From a virus (Duplodnaviria; Caudoviricetes): a DNA stretch of 55,901 nt. The notes beneath the pieces are model-generated. The model did not search any database and was not told the origin of the DNA. It saw only the letters and a list, made by a program, of their open reading frames with translations. This document shows, in pieces, positions 36,101 to 43,068 of the stretch (positions are counted from its first letter, which is position 1; every line of letters starts with the position of its first letter). The translations under genes and the position numbers were made by a program. The DNA lies in the IMG/VR virus record IMGVR_UViG_3300045777_000097, positions 1-55,901 of that record; one strand, given 5' to 3'.

Positions 36101-38201
36101 TTTCGCCCGGCCGAATGTCGGAGATCGTCTCCGGGAGAACGTCTCGGGAGAAGCCGAGATGGTCATAGACCACGGCGGAGCCGCGGCTGTCCCACCCGCT
36201 GATCTCGCCGGTGTGCGTCCTGCCGCCGGCGTCCTGCCCGGTGACGACGTCGCCCGGGCGCAAGGCGCGGATGGCGCCCTGCTTGTCTTCCGGAAGGCCC
36301 GCCGTCGCCATCGCGGCGTCGCGCGCGTCGGCGTACTTCTGGAAGTCGCTGGCGCGCTGCTCGTAATCGCGGGCCTCCTCGGGCGACAGGTTCCCCGCTG
36401 AGATCGCCTGTCGGAGGAAGGAAATCCGGTTCTGGATTGCGTCGGCGTGCGGCCCGTCATAGCCGCTCGTCCGGGTGACGGCGCCGCCCGATGGCGCGTT
36501 GTCGGGCTGGATCGGAGAGGGGGGCGCATCCGGCGTGTGGACCGGCGGCAGGGGCGGCGCGATCTCGTCCGGGTTCTGCCCGTGGCGGACGTGGCCCTCG
36601 TAATTCGTCAGCACGTCACCCGGGGCGTGATCCGGATGGACCGGCGGCGCGGCCGCGGCGTCGAGCTCTGCGGAATGGACGCCGGACGGAGTGACGGTGG
36701 TCGGTGCGGGCGGAGTCTCTCCCCCGACCTTGCCCGGCGCCGGGAGCGCCAGCATCCCGCCCCCGCCCCCGCCCGCAGGCGGCGTCCATTGGTCGGTCTT
36801 GTTGTCGTAGGTCCACCCGGCGTCGCTCTTGCGGATGAACTCGTCGATCTCATCCCGCCAATTTCGTTGCTGCTCCGTCTTCGGCCATCCGCCGGGCGGC
36901 GGCGTCTCCCCGGCGCGCTTTACGAACTCGCCCACCGGCGTCAGGCCGTGCCAGGCCATCCAGCCCTCGCCGATCCCGTGGATGACGCCCGCCGGGATCC
37001 CGCCCATAAGGAATGACCCCACCTCGTCGTAGAGCACCGGCAAGAACCCGGTCGGTTGCCCGAGCTCTCGGCGGCGCTCCTCGCGACCGGGCTCCTGCAC
37101 GCCCGTCAATCCGGCTTGGATCGCGCCCTGCTTGACGGCCTGTTCTGCGATGCGCCCGATCGCGGATCGCGCCGTCGCCGCGCCGCCGCCGCCGACCATG
37201 AGGCCGATTCGGTTGATCGGATCGCTGATCGTCGAGCCCCAGATTTCGCCCGCCGTCGCCGCGAGCCACGGCAGGAAGTAGCCGCCAGACTTGGCGTATT
37301 CCGCCTGATATTTGTCGCTTTGCGACTTGATGTAGGCGTCGGCGTAATCGTTCGCGTTGAGCCCAGCGTGGACCGCGGCGAGGAGCGCGGGATTGTCCGG
37401 GTTCGCGGCTGCGATCTCGTTGAGATGATTCTGGTAGAGGCGGAACTGTTCCTGCATGAGCGGGCTACCGAACGTCCCGACCGTCGACAGGCTTGAGTTC
37501 ATGAGGTTGGGGATCGCGCCGCCAACCTTGTCGATCGCCAGCGTGAACGGGTCGTAGCCGAGGTTCTTGGCCGCCTCGTCGCGGTAGCCCCCGAGGAACG
37601 GATTCGGGATCACCTCACCCTTGAGCGCCTTCACCTGGGAGATCGTGTCCGCGATCGAACTGGCGAGCGCGTTCTGCCGGTCGCCGCCGTCCGTGCCCCA
37701 GGCGCCCATCTCCGAGTGGTGCCAGAAGTTCTCCCATAGGTTCATCGGCGGCTGCGCCGGCGCGGGAGGCGCGGCGGGAGGCGAGAACTTCGCTTCCGGG
37801 ACATCTGACGGCGGCGGGGGCGCGTTCCCGGTCCACTGTTCGATCTCAGGCGCGGCGGCGCCGGCCGCCGACTGCTGCGCCGCCTCGGGCGTGGCGCGCA
37901 GAGCCTGTCCGACCCCGGCGGCGTCCTTCGCCAGGCCCTGCGCTGCGTTGGCGGCGCCCTCTGCGATGGCCGGGGCAGCGGATGCGCCCGCCTCGCCGAC
38001 GCTGCGCATGGGGTCCGCGCTGATCGTGGCGGTGGAGAGCGGATCGGTCTTGGTGAACCGAGACCACATCGACTCGGTGTCGGTCGGGCCGCTGTAGAAG
38101 GGCTCGCCCCGGGCCGACTTGGTATAGGAATCATCTGCGTCAATTGGCGCGGCCCCGCCCGCGCCGCCAGCCCCATCGAATCCGGGATCTCGGTCGGCCA
38201 T
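27162..38201 (-). CDS. Giant DarB-like polyvalent virion protein: ParB-like domain, N6-adenine methyltransferase, strawberry-notch-type SF2 helicase
   Basis: YVADGHQR (ParB-like); YSTP, VLEPTAGNG, IANPPFG (MTase); IGDQTGLGKGR, MDEAH, SSATY, QMLGRINRTGQ (helicase). Confidence 0.9.
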   Translation of the reverse strand: MADRDPGFDGAGGAGGAAPIDADDSYTKSARGEPFYSGPTDTESMWSRFTKTDPLSTATISADPMRSVGEAGASAAPAIAEGAANAAQGLAKDAAGVGQALRATPEAAQQSAAGAAAPEIEQWTGNAPPPPSDVPEAKFSPPAAPPAPAQPPMNLWENFWHHSEMGAWGTDGGDRQNALASSIADTISQVKALKGEVIPNPFLGGYRDEAAKNLGYDPFTLAIDKVGGAIPNLMNSSLSTVGTFGSPLMQEQFRLYQNHLNEIAAANPDNPALLAAVHAGLNANDYADAYIKSQSDKYQAEYAKSGGYFLPWLAATAGEIWGSTISDPINRIGLMVGGGGAATARSAIGRIAEQAVKQGAIQAGLTGVQEPGREERRRELGQPTGFLPVLYDEVGSFLMGGIPAGVIHGIGEGWMAWHGLTPVGEFVKRAGETPPPGGWPKTEQQRNWRDEIDEFIRKSDAGWTYDNKTDQWTPPAGGGGGGMLALPAPGKVGGETPPAPTTVTPSGVHSAELDAAAAPPVHPDHAPGDVLTNYEGHVRHGQNPDEIAPPLPPVHTPDAPPSPIQPDNAPSGGAVTRTSGYDGPHADAIQNRISFLRQAISAGNLSPEEARDYEQRASDFQKYADARDAAMATAGLPEDKQGAIRALRPGDVVTGQDAGGRTHTGEISGWDSRGSAVVYDHLGFSRDVLPETISDIRPGERQSGGGAGGSVQTDSVTGRPVHVNETFDPLALKTDAVAYQYKGGGDENGVTSRLKGAAWDPMATGKIVVHERHDGSLYVADGHQRTGLAKDLHAQGQLPPGTRVMGDRLREADGWTVEDARARAAKKNLQEGGPGADVIDVARILRDHPEIWDKSLPVSDPKLKQGKGLAELSDEAWRMVLNGQVKPNFAAIVGLGVADKTKQAAVMADMVKFKPSDENAARMIVADANAAGFKEDTFEDMFGSHSATRTLAGERAQVFSRVMALLRDNKRIFRMLDNEQSRIEAAGNVLAGSNAAIADRAERLGLILEKLATRHGPVSAALNKAAGNVADGMEPMAAARLFLEDIERLIREEGLKLDGAPPIVPAPRTDIDTGTPQGQAQQTAELEAAEARRKAKEEAEAAATAQAAAPVEPQSAPHPVAEAAHGLVEQVTGALDASGTPADQIASGLIKAAEPVIDELFPPQAAAPTEATETPAPVTEHTEAGGQTLLPGMKPVTDKEKAETAAGKPLKGGAAPLPEDGLFGGGLPPDMPGLLTPAPAENPAVDIAALAKALRARGVHRYNLTGKVPEDLEPAIKAEFDRLDQEEAVKAEADRLAARAEVTVDKATADAIRNLPEGWHVAFDPDKGQVSTWEKVENRYERRETFRTVPQGSPNSAPVVLEEGVQGLAPSPLNHLRHFVRVLSPESAALPPGLPDLTDKGLELHHFADLAARGLKPKRRGDGVDPNGAALVTWAVAQDTGKPARSVLTVYGWKIDKGAPVYGTPQIVVTPEGMAGFYQVPKLAGEPKEGTRDHFAAQLRDSLNTRPGVKGPDGNWYLISGSADGRHGEVSRRPDGSPRYFPVGGDILTVDEAIEAATRAAFGEPAPPLAGLPPAKVETPAPGRQRPFPLEDEVGKHPIVKAMNEAIRWVNGLSEEDYRYLSLPTLPDLAAQISNTMEPEKLLAQWKGDIARRGVESTQIWDGENWVGRPEETAPPAPPPGAPNEPQEPQGNGTKAEAGAEEPGAQEQPGEGFGSDYGADNAFFKKDRYEQLKARFKQKLKDAAATMSAGFDPELLQIGMEMAGFHIEAGARTFAKFVKAIVRDLDSSVAELRPYLRGMYNGARDIMEDGGLDVAGMDRPDKVDAEFARILAEEAPKAPPTSVERPAIEAPKPEVSKAETAFANKFKTKAFLKAMEEAGFAMIPAPGGAGRYTVLEHRGGGHSVAFDPQAAVDNPKLSVDLRRWLGYPDGESPGVNVTPPENGGWTLEQAAEAAVADAFPKTPAVGQESARDAFVAAIKARLASGEQPFKSIVEARQIAKGLGLEIPEGTSANKLVDELVERAVVEHARDIVETDRTAGAAPAETFGKLLKVYEGQPNLSTRTSTSIAEQAYSTPVPLAYVASRLAGIGPDTRVLEPTAGNGMLLIEANPQHAVTNELNPTRAAALEAQGFHPTTTDATSESLFADRAGQMDAVIANPPFGTVKEGGEKRIWSVDGFRTDQVDHAIALNALKTMKSGGRAVLIVGGVKADDPAERAAGYMAKAKRRFYYQLLNNYKVSDIFTVAGDLYQKQGAGWPVDVIVIEGRGKSERDPLTKTPPPLLKTWEEVGGKLNGVPTEDVTGAVGTDSETGASPPETEQRPEGGDGVGGEAPVGGAPVEPLGGTGPGEPGQVGGAGDHGQPGNGVGKPAMAPGAGGGPQQGGNVRGANPAPHSERRGSVGTSVEGQTPYEPASTQGVKLNTLLPANLREATYNSLDRLQEEHGSIDAYVARALGRNVADLGKYFSGEQVDAIGLGISNIERGEGFIIGDQTGLGKGRVVAAMISYAKTHGMIPVFVTEKPDLYGDMWRDLHDIGWHEQLGRPINMAMTNSGTRIPLDDEALDWLTDRDDARENGQPEPPRRGSFSASQSSNKAGEVMSGILSGSATPDVVFTTYDQMNSVKGNETPRRNFLRQVAPRSFLIMDEAHNAGGAANPSAGWEDDEKAPPRSEVFREVVGAARAVMYSSATYAKSPNVMTLYSRTDMLKAVDDVSKLPDLIGKGGVPLQQIVASMLADAGQYMRRERSFEGINYDYEGIPVSEQAYSEFSDGLRSIFQFDREFEEERLEIAQELAAEMGGGTTHDGGVGEASVDATSFASVMHNIISQMVMALKAQKTGERAVEALLAGEKPVIALSKTNDAFIKDFADNEGIKIGDEINIGFVDILKRYLERTRRVTIKSGDDEKIRVMIPLHMMSAHALDMYHAAEDLLDSIDLGDLPVSPLDTIRNVIEKAGYSIREITGRSAMVDYSRPRETVDDLERQGYSVAAPVHESHPFPTALVHGENRRDWQMYAPDQTDEPALRGASLEDMMAQHNAGRGTFLVRRPSSETGSAGKKQTVKMFNDGRLDAVLGNKSMSTGLSMHPSIKFKDRRPRRMIIGEADPDINTHMQMLGRINRTGQVTLPRYTHLAAEIPAETRPTAILMRKMASLNANTTGAAKGKFTADAVDFLNRYGDRAVAAILRDDPDLWTLLGEPGIEDNIAGLAAKATGRLTLLHPEQQQEFIDRITAAYKAVIEAMDAAGTNDLEAKSLDLQARTIDSTEIKPATGPSPFQGPVNLEKVSVKAQGRAMRPDEVTTAIADHLGETPTKRPFAMELRALEKSGGKKQAAMIARVRTEAQEHIRQVVAATKDPDAKTRARAKLEDAFASLETLSDVARPGATVTLTVKGEDMPAVVIGLTRDAKVKNPVALSAWNALFALPNSSRSLSIPLSRLIIAGGKEREDSVTIASNPNLRADDLGPMFEAANKDGREDRYMVTGNLLAGYEQLAGQIVTHTMEGGQTRPAILLGRMFDAKEFMKERAVNFVDGDHLIKFLDAVPDAEVWSVDGALMVKKSGPRYAFEALRREGRKYYADGVVRGVYDNWQLSGQKMKATVGAQTATDLIDALRQVGAVFHTRSDQDVAESLRPAPPAPAASAAKPAEAGGNPLLRMVPDGEGNIVDRDTLVNSVPHESILAKIIGECED
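31007..31327 (-). CDS. Overprinted 106-aa helical protein nested in an alternative frame of the giant gene
   Basis: GGAGGAAGTAGGAGG-AAAACTCA-ATG; mostly G/C-ending codons in this frame while the host frame becomes A/T-ending and low complexity. Confidence 0.7.
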   Translation of the reverse strand: MAYRPKTSQEQLEPIAKQALLLLKQSNDPKAAMEWAEKRLSEARLLNRWGELDRANPAKWVEQAITDNPEMASESLPWLREQGADLSKAATFEELILRLIPSEGDR

Positions 38202-41200
38202 TATTCGTTCCCCGTCGGGATGGAGGGTTCGCCAGAAGCCACAGCGCCGTCACCCGGCTCGATCATCGGCTTCACGTCTCGATAGCGCGGCTGTAGCCGG
38301 GGGGTGGCGCGGTCCATGAAGGCGCCCGGGACGGCAGGCGCGCTACCGCCGCTCCCTCGCATCCGGTCCTCGACCCTGCTCATGTCGAAGTGCCAGACGC
38401 GGCCGCGGCCGTCCTCGACCTCGTGAAACTGATTCCCGTTTTTCGGGTCCGGGAGCTCGACGGTGTAGACGCCGTGGAAGAGGCCATCCTTCCCGGGCAC
38501 GGCGACGAACCGTCCCTGCTTCAGCATGTCCGCAGAGATCGGCGTCTGCCCGACGTGAGGGTCCGCCCCCATCGCCTTGATGTCGCCAGCGTTCAGTTGC
38601 CCGATCACGGTGTCGAACTTGTCGGCGCGCATATTGCTCGGGACGATGACCTTGTAGCTCGACGGGCCGCTCCACCCGCCCCCCGCCGTCGTGACGCCGC
38701 CGTACTGGACTTCCTCGCCGGTGGACGTGTCGATATGGCCGCCCAAGGCGGCATTGTAGGCTTTGTCGACGAACGGTTGCTCGACCTTGCCTGTCGCCGG
38801 GTCAAATCCAGCCTGCCGGGCGTCGTCCGTCATCAGGAGGCGGGCGGCGGCGTTGATGCGCCCGAAGGCGTCGGGGCTGAATTTGGAGTAGGGGCCTCCC
38901 TGCCCGGACTGATCCGAAAGAGGGTTCGCCAGCACGTTTTTGGCGAGCGTCCCCTCAGTGAAGATCGGCAGGCCCTTTGCCGCTCCAGACGGCCCCTTGT
39001 CGTTCATCGCCGCGATCGTGTCGGCGAGACGGCGAATCGTGAGGGACTGGTCGACGTTCGGGTCCAGCGCCAGGCCGCCGATGGTCATGAACGCCGGCGC
39101 GTCGCCGCCGATCTGCCGGAAGACGGATTGGGCATCCGGTCCAGCGCCGCTCACGACGGCCTTCGCCATGTTGACCATGGAGTCTCCCCCGTACTGGCCG
39201 ACCCGGCGCATGGTGACGCGCTCGTCCGGGCGGATGAACTGCGCCTCGGGCAGCCCCATCGCCTGCGCGGCCACCTTCGCCTGCTGGACTCGGTCGGAGA
39301 TGTCCTGCGCCAGCGTCGGGCTCGCCGGGTCCAAGGCCTTCGGCGGCGGGATGAAGCCCTCGCGCGCGGCCCGGCCGATCGGGTCCTTCTTCGCCTCCTG
39401 CGCGAAATTCTTGGCGTAGTTCTCTTCCGATTCGACAACGGACCGGGCGATGTCGAGGCCCGGGTGTCTTGGATCGCTCGCAACCATGTTGTCGAGTTCG
39501 GCCCGGTCCCGCGCGACGGCGGCGGAAACCACCTCCGGAGAGGCGTTCCAGAGCCCCTTGATCCGGTTCCTGACCGCCTCCGCGACCGCGAGTTGCTGCC
39601 GAACCTCCGGGTTGGCGGAGTTGCCGAACGCGGAAACCATCTTCTGAAACCCGGCGTCCGCGTCCTGGCCGGAGAGGCGCGACCCCTGCTCCATGTCCTT
39701 GATGGCGGAGTTGATGGTGTCCTTGTCGCCTCGATCATCGCGCCGGGTGGCAGCGGCGGACTCGCGCTGCCACCGCTGGATGTCCCCGACGGCGCGCAAC
39801 TGCATCTCGGCGCGCGTCTGCGGAGACAGCATGTTCGCGACGCTGCCCGGCGGGGGAGGCGGGAGCGCCGCCCATTGCGCGCCGGTCGCCCTCGACCCGG
39901 GCACGGGCTGCGAGGAGCCGTCGCCCATCGTGAAGGAGGCGGACCCATCCGGCCCGGTCGTGACGCCCGTGGCGCCCTGCGGCCACTTCGCCTGTGGGGG
40001 CGCGGCCGGGTGGACGGCGTCGGGCGGCGGCACCGCGAGCGGCGACAGCGGCGACGAGAGGAGAGGCTCGATCGGCAGACCAGCCGACATCCCGGTCAGG
40101 CTTGCCGAACCGGGGATCGTCATGCCCCCAGGGCCGGCATACGAGCGGCCGGGGATCGGCGCTCCATTCGATCCTGTGAAAGTTCCGTTCGCCATCTGCG
40201 AGAAATATCGGAGCGTATTCAGGCGCCCGGCATAGTTGTCCCCATTTTGCGGAGCGCTATTAGAATACCCACGGGGTTCCTCAAAGTGCATTTCGGCAAG
40301 AGCGAGGTCTTCCGGGGTCTTGGCGGAGTTAACGAGCGCAGATTCCGGTCTCTTCCGAAGCTCGTTCAGCGCCTCGATGGACTGCTGCTGCCAATCCATC
40401 CCCATCAGATTCAGGCGTTGCAGGTTGTGACCGAACAGGCCGTAGCCTTTCCCGCCGTCATGGACTGCAGTCTGGTTAAACGAGCTTTCGTTCGCCGCCG
40501 CCCCGGTCAGCATCAGCGCCTCGTTGTTGGAGGCTCCTTGCGATCGGAGAAACTGGTACATCGTCGCCGGCGACGTGAACCCACCTTCGCCTTTGGCGTC
40601 AAGAGGCGCCCGGTACGGAGCGTTGATCGCGCCATAACCCTGCGGAGACGGCGCGCCGACGCCCCCCGAGGCGCTCCCCCCGCCTGGGAGGCCAACGCCG
40701 CCAAGCGCCGGATATGCGCCTGGCCCCGCCGGCGCGCCGGTGTTGATGGCGAAATAGTTGTTGGCGTCCTTCTCGCCGCCGCCCGGCGCGCCGCGCTTGT
40801 AGGTCGTCACGACCGGGCCGCCCGATCCGGGGTTGCCGTTGTGCGCGGCCCACTGGTTCCAGAGGATGAGATCGCCGTCCGCCGTGTAGCCAGCGACGAT
40901 GCCGGCGTGCGTCGTGTTGTTGCCGGGCGCGCCTACCCCCTGGCCGCCGTCGTAGCGATTGGACGGGTTCCCCGCCCGGTCCATGAAGGTCGCGACCGGC
41001 GTTCCGATCGGTAGTTGGTTCTGGACCGCGTTGGCCCCGCGCGCCCACAACCCCACCGGGGGCAGCCCGGCCGCCTTCTGGACCAGCGTGACGCATTCCC
41101 CATTGGGGAGGGTCGGGGCGATCGCCTGGATGCGCGCCGCGAGCGCGGGGTCTCCGCCCGGGGGCGTGACAGAGGCGCCCGTAGCGCCCCCGGCGGCGGC

Positions 41201-42043
41201 AGCGGTCGGCGCCCCGCCCGACGCGGCGAGCGGCATCTGTCCGCCTGGTCCCCATCCCGGCAGCCAATTCCCATCCTGGCCTATGCCATAGCTCTTTGGG
41301 TCTACTCCGGAAAAATGCAGGTAGCGCCCCCAATCGGCGGGGGTGTTCGTAGTCAGGGCTTTGGCCTTGAGATAGTCGCTCCGCGCCGCCGCATAATCGG
41401 AGGACGCGCCCTTCCCCCACTCGACGCTTTTCACCGGGTCGATCGCGTTCGTCGCGACGAGCGGCCCGATGACCCCCTTCACCCCGTCGAGCGCCTTCGC
41501 TGACGCCGCGTCGTCGTCGATCTTCGCCGCGTTCGCGACGATGTTGCTGACGGAGGTCATGCCGTTGGCGATCGCGCTGTTGTTGGTGAGATCGGTCGCC
41601 CGGCCCGCGAAACGCGAGCCTATCTCAGCGACGTGCGGCGTGTTCTGCGCCGTCCACATGTCCCGGGTGTTCTGGTCGCTGATCGTCGCCGCGATCTTCG
41701 GGACGAGGTCCGAAAACCCGGACTGGATCTCCTTGACCTTGGCCGGGTCGCTCGCGTTCTGCGCGTCGAGAAGCGCCTGCGTCGATGCGGTGTAGAGCGC
41801 CCCCGTCGCCTGCGCGTGCTGAAGCGCATTCGTCTTCTGCTCGTCTTCCTTCTGTTTCTGCTGCGCCTGGTTGAACGCTGTGGCGCCGATGTCGCCGATC
41901 GTGCTGCCGAGCTTCTCGAGCGCGCCGCCTTCCTCGTTGGCGGCCTTGCCGATGACGTCCGGGCTCCAACCCCCGATTCCCATCTTGCGCTGGGGCTCGG
42001 TGTTGATCTGGCCGACATCGTCGGCATTTGGAAGAACGGCCAT
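38201..42043 (-). CDS. Internal virion protein with Tae2/BPSL0067-like amidase and tail-lysozyme-like domains
   Basis: ECVTLVQ...W.RG...GTPVATF...THAGI...NQW; LTGAAANESSFN...GYGLFG...HFEEP. Confidence 0.75.
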   Translation of the reverse strand: MAVLPNADDVGQINTEPQRKMGIGGWSPDVIGKAANEEGGALEKLGSTIGDIGATAFNQAQQKQKEDEQKTNALQHAQATGALYTASTQALLDAQNASDPAKVKEIQSGFSDLVPKIAATISDQNTRDMWTAQNTPHVAEIGSRFAGRATDLTNNSAIANGMTSVSNIVANAAKIDDDAASAKALDGVKGVIGPLVATNAIDPVKSVEWGKGASSDYAAARSDYLKAKALTTNTPADWGRYLHFSGVDPKSYGIGQDGNWLPGWGPGGQMPLAASGGAPTAAAAGGATGASVTPPGGDPALAARIQAIAPTLPNGECVTLVQKAAGLPPVGLWARGANAVQNQLPIGTPVATFMDRAGNPSNRYDGGQGVGAPGNNTTHAGIVAGYTADGDLILWNQWAAHNGNPGSGGPVVTTYKRGAPGGGEKDANNYFAINTGAPAGPGAYPALGGVGLPGGGSASGGVGAPSPQGYGAINAPYRAPLDAKGEGGFTSPATMYQFLRSQGASNNEALMLTGAAANESSFNQTAVHDGGKGYGLFGHNLQRLNLMGMDWQQQSIEALNELRKRPESALVNSAKTPEDLALAEMHFEEPRGYSNSAPQNGDNYAGRLNTLRYFSQMANGTFTGSNGAPIPGRSYAGPGGMTIPGSASLTGMSAGLPIEPLLSSPLSPLAVPPPDAVHPAAPPQAKWPQGATGVTTGPDGSASFTMGDGSSQPVPGSRATGAQWAALPPPPPGSVANMLSPQTRAEMQLRAVGDIQRWQRESAAATRRDDRGDKDTINSAIKDMEQGSRLSGQDADAGFQKMVSAFGNSANPEVRQQLAVAEAVRNRIKGLWNASPEVVSAAVARDRAELDNMVASDPRHPGLDIARSVVESEENYAKNFAQEAKKDPIGRAAREGFIPPPKALDPASPTLAQDISDRVQQAKVAAQAMGLPEAQFIRPDERVTMRRVGQYGGDSMVNMAKAVVSGAGPDAQSVFRQIGGDAPAFMTIGGLALDPNVDQSLTIRRLADTIAAMNDKGPSGAAKGLPIFTEGTLAKNVLANPLSDQSGQGGPYSKFSPDAFGRINAAARLLMTDDARQAGFDPATGKVEQPFVDKAYNAALGGHIDTSTGEEVQYGGVTTAGGGWSGPSSYKVIVPSNMRADKFDTVIGQLNAGDIKAMGADPHVGQTPISADMLKQGRFVAVPGKDGLFHGVYTVELPDPKNGNQFHEVEDGRGRVWHFDMSRVEDRMRGSGGSAPAVPGAFMDRATPRLQPRYRDVKPMIEPGDGAVASGEPSIPTGNE

Positions 42044-42142
42044 GGGGCGACCTCATCACCGGAAGGTGTGGACCGAGTCGCCGCCGCCGCAGCTATGCGG
42101 GCGTTTCTACAGGAAGACCGAATTGTGCGGTAGGAGGGCGCG

Positions 42143-42682
42143 TTAGCCGTACTTGAACCGGCCCAAGGTCGAGAAGACCGATGACGCCGCATTGATGTTG
42201 GCCGCGGCGGTCTGTTGGGGGACCATGGATTCGGCAAGATCGCCCTGATACTTCGCCCCGGCCCCCATGTTCGTGAACCCGGCCGCCATGTCCTGCCCGC
42301 GCGACAAATCCATCAGCGATGCGTATTCGCTGCGCCCGGCGATGTTCTGGCCGAGCTCGCTCACCGAGCCCATGGTGGTGTCGAGGCCCGACCCGGCTCC
42401 GCGCGCAACCAGCGTCGACTCCACCAGCTTGCCCTTGCGCTGCTGCTCCTCCATCGCCCGCTGAGACTGCGCGACGGATGTGTCCGCCTCTTGGAGATAT
42501 TGCTCCTGCTGGTAGGTCCCGAGCGCCTCCGCGTTCTCCGCCTGCTCGGCGATGCCCTGCTTCTGGACGTTGGCCCCCATGATGGTCGCGGCGAGGCCGC
42601 CGGCCGTGGCCAGCCCGGAGATCGCTGTCGCGGGGGTGATGGCCGCTATGGCGGCGGGGATGGCGGCGGCGAGCGGCGGCAT
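42143..42682 (-). CDS. Internal virion protein (T7 gp14-like position)
   Basis: Gly/Ala hydrophobic N-terminus, Gln-rich coil, RGAGSGLD motif. Confidence 0.7.
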   Translation of the reverse strand: MPPLAAAIPAAIAAITPATAISGLATAGGLAATIMGANVQKQGIAEQAENAEALGTYQQEQYLQEADTSVAQSQRAMEEQQRKGKLVESTLVARGAGSGLDTTMGSVSELGQNIAGRSEYASLMDLSRGQDMAAGFTNMGAGAKYQGDLAESMVPQQTAAANINAASSVFSTLGRFKYG

Positions 42683-42687
42683 GACGA

Positions 42688-43068
42688 TCAGCCCTCCCAG
42701 ATCCAGCCGGGCGCGCTGCGCGCGAACCCGAGGTGCCGAAGCCAGTTCGGCGTCTTTTCGTGGACATCGTCGGAGTCGGCCACGAACACCTTCTTGATCC
42801 CCAGCTTCTTCGCCTGCCCGAACAGCATCCGGGCGGCGCGGTGCAGGCTCACCGGGTAGCGCCGTCCTTCTTCGGAGACGTCGCAGAAAGCCACGCGAGC
42901 GCCATTAGGATACAGGGCGATCCCCCCGAGGCCAATCACCTTGCCATCGACGCTCCCGGTGAAGCCGAGGATCCGGCAGGGGACATCGCGCGCTTCCCCG
43001 TAGAGGTGCTCGAAGGCCGCCCGGCAGGTCTCGCGCGTGGCCGGCTGAAGAACGACTCGGTCAGCCAT
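42688..43068 (-). CDS. GNAT-fold virion assembly protein (T7 gp13-like position)
   Basis: DGKVIGLGG...NWLRHLGF. Confidence 0.7.
   Translation of the reverse strand: MADRVVLQPATRETCRAAFEHLYGEARDVPCRILGFTGSVDGKVIGLGGIALYPNGARVAFCDVSEEGRRYPVSLHRAARMLFGQAKKLGIKKVFVADSDDVHEKTPNWLRHLGFARSAPGWIWEG

Noticed and set aside
27627-41014. Long plus-strand ORFs (27627..30242, 31806..33866, 34422..36401, 38390..41014)
   Set aside because: Antisense shadows of motif-bearing virion genes; no motifs or convincing RBS
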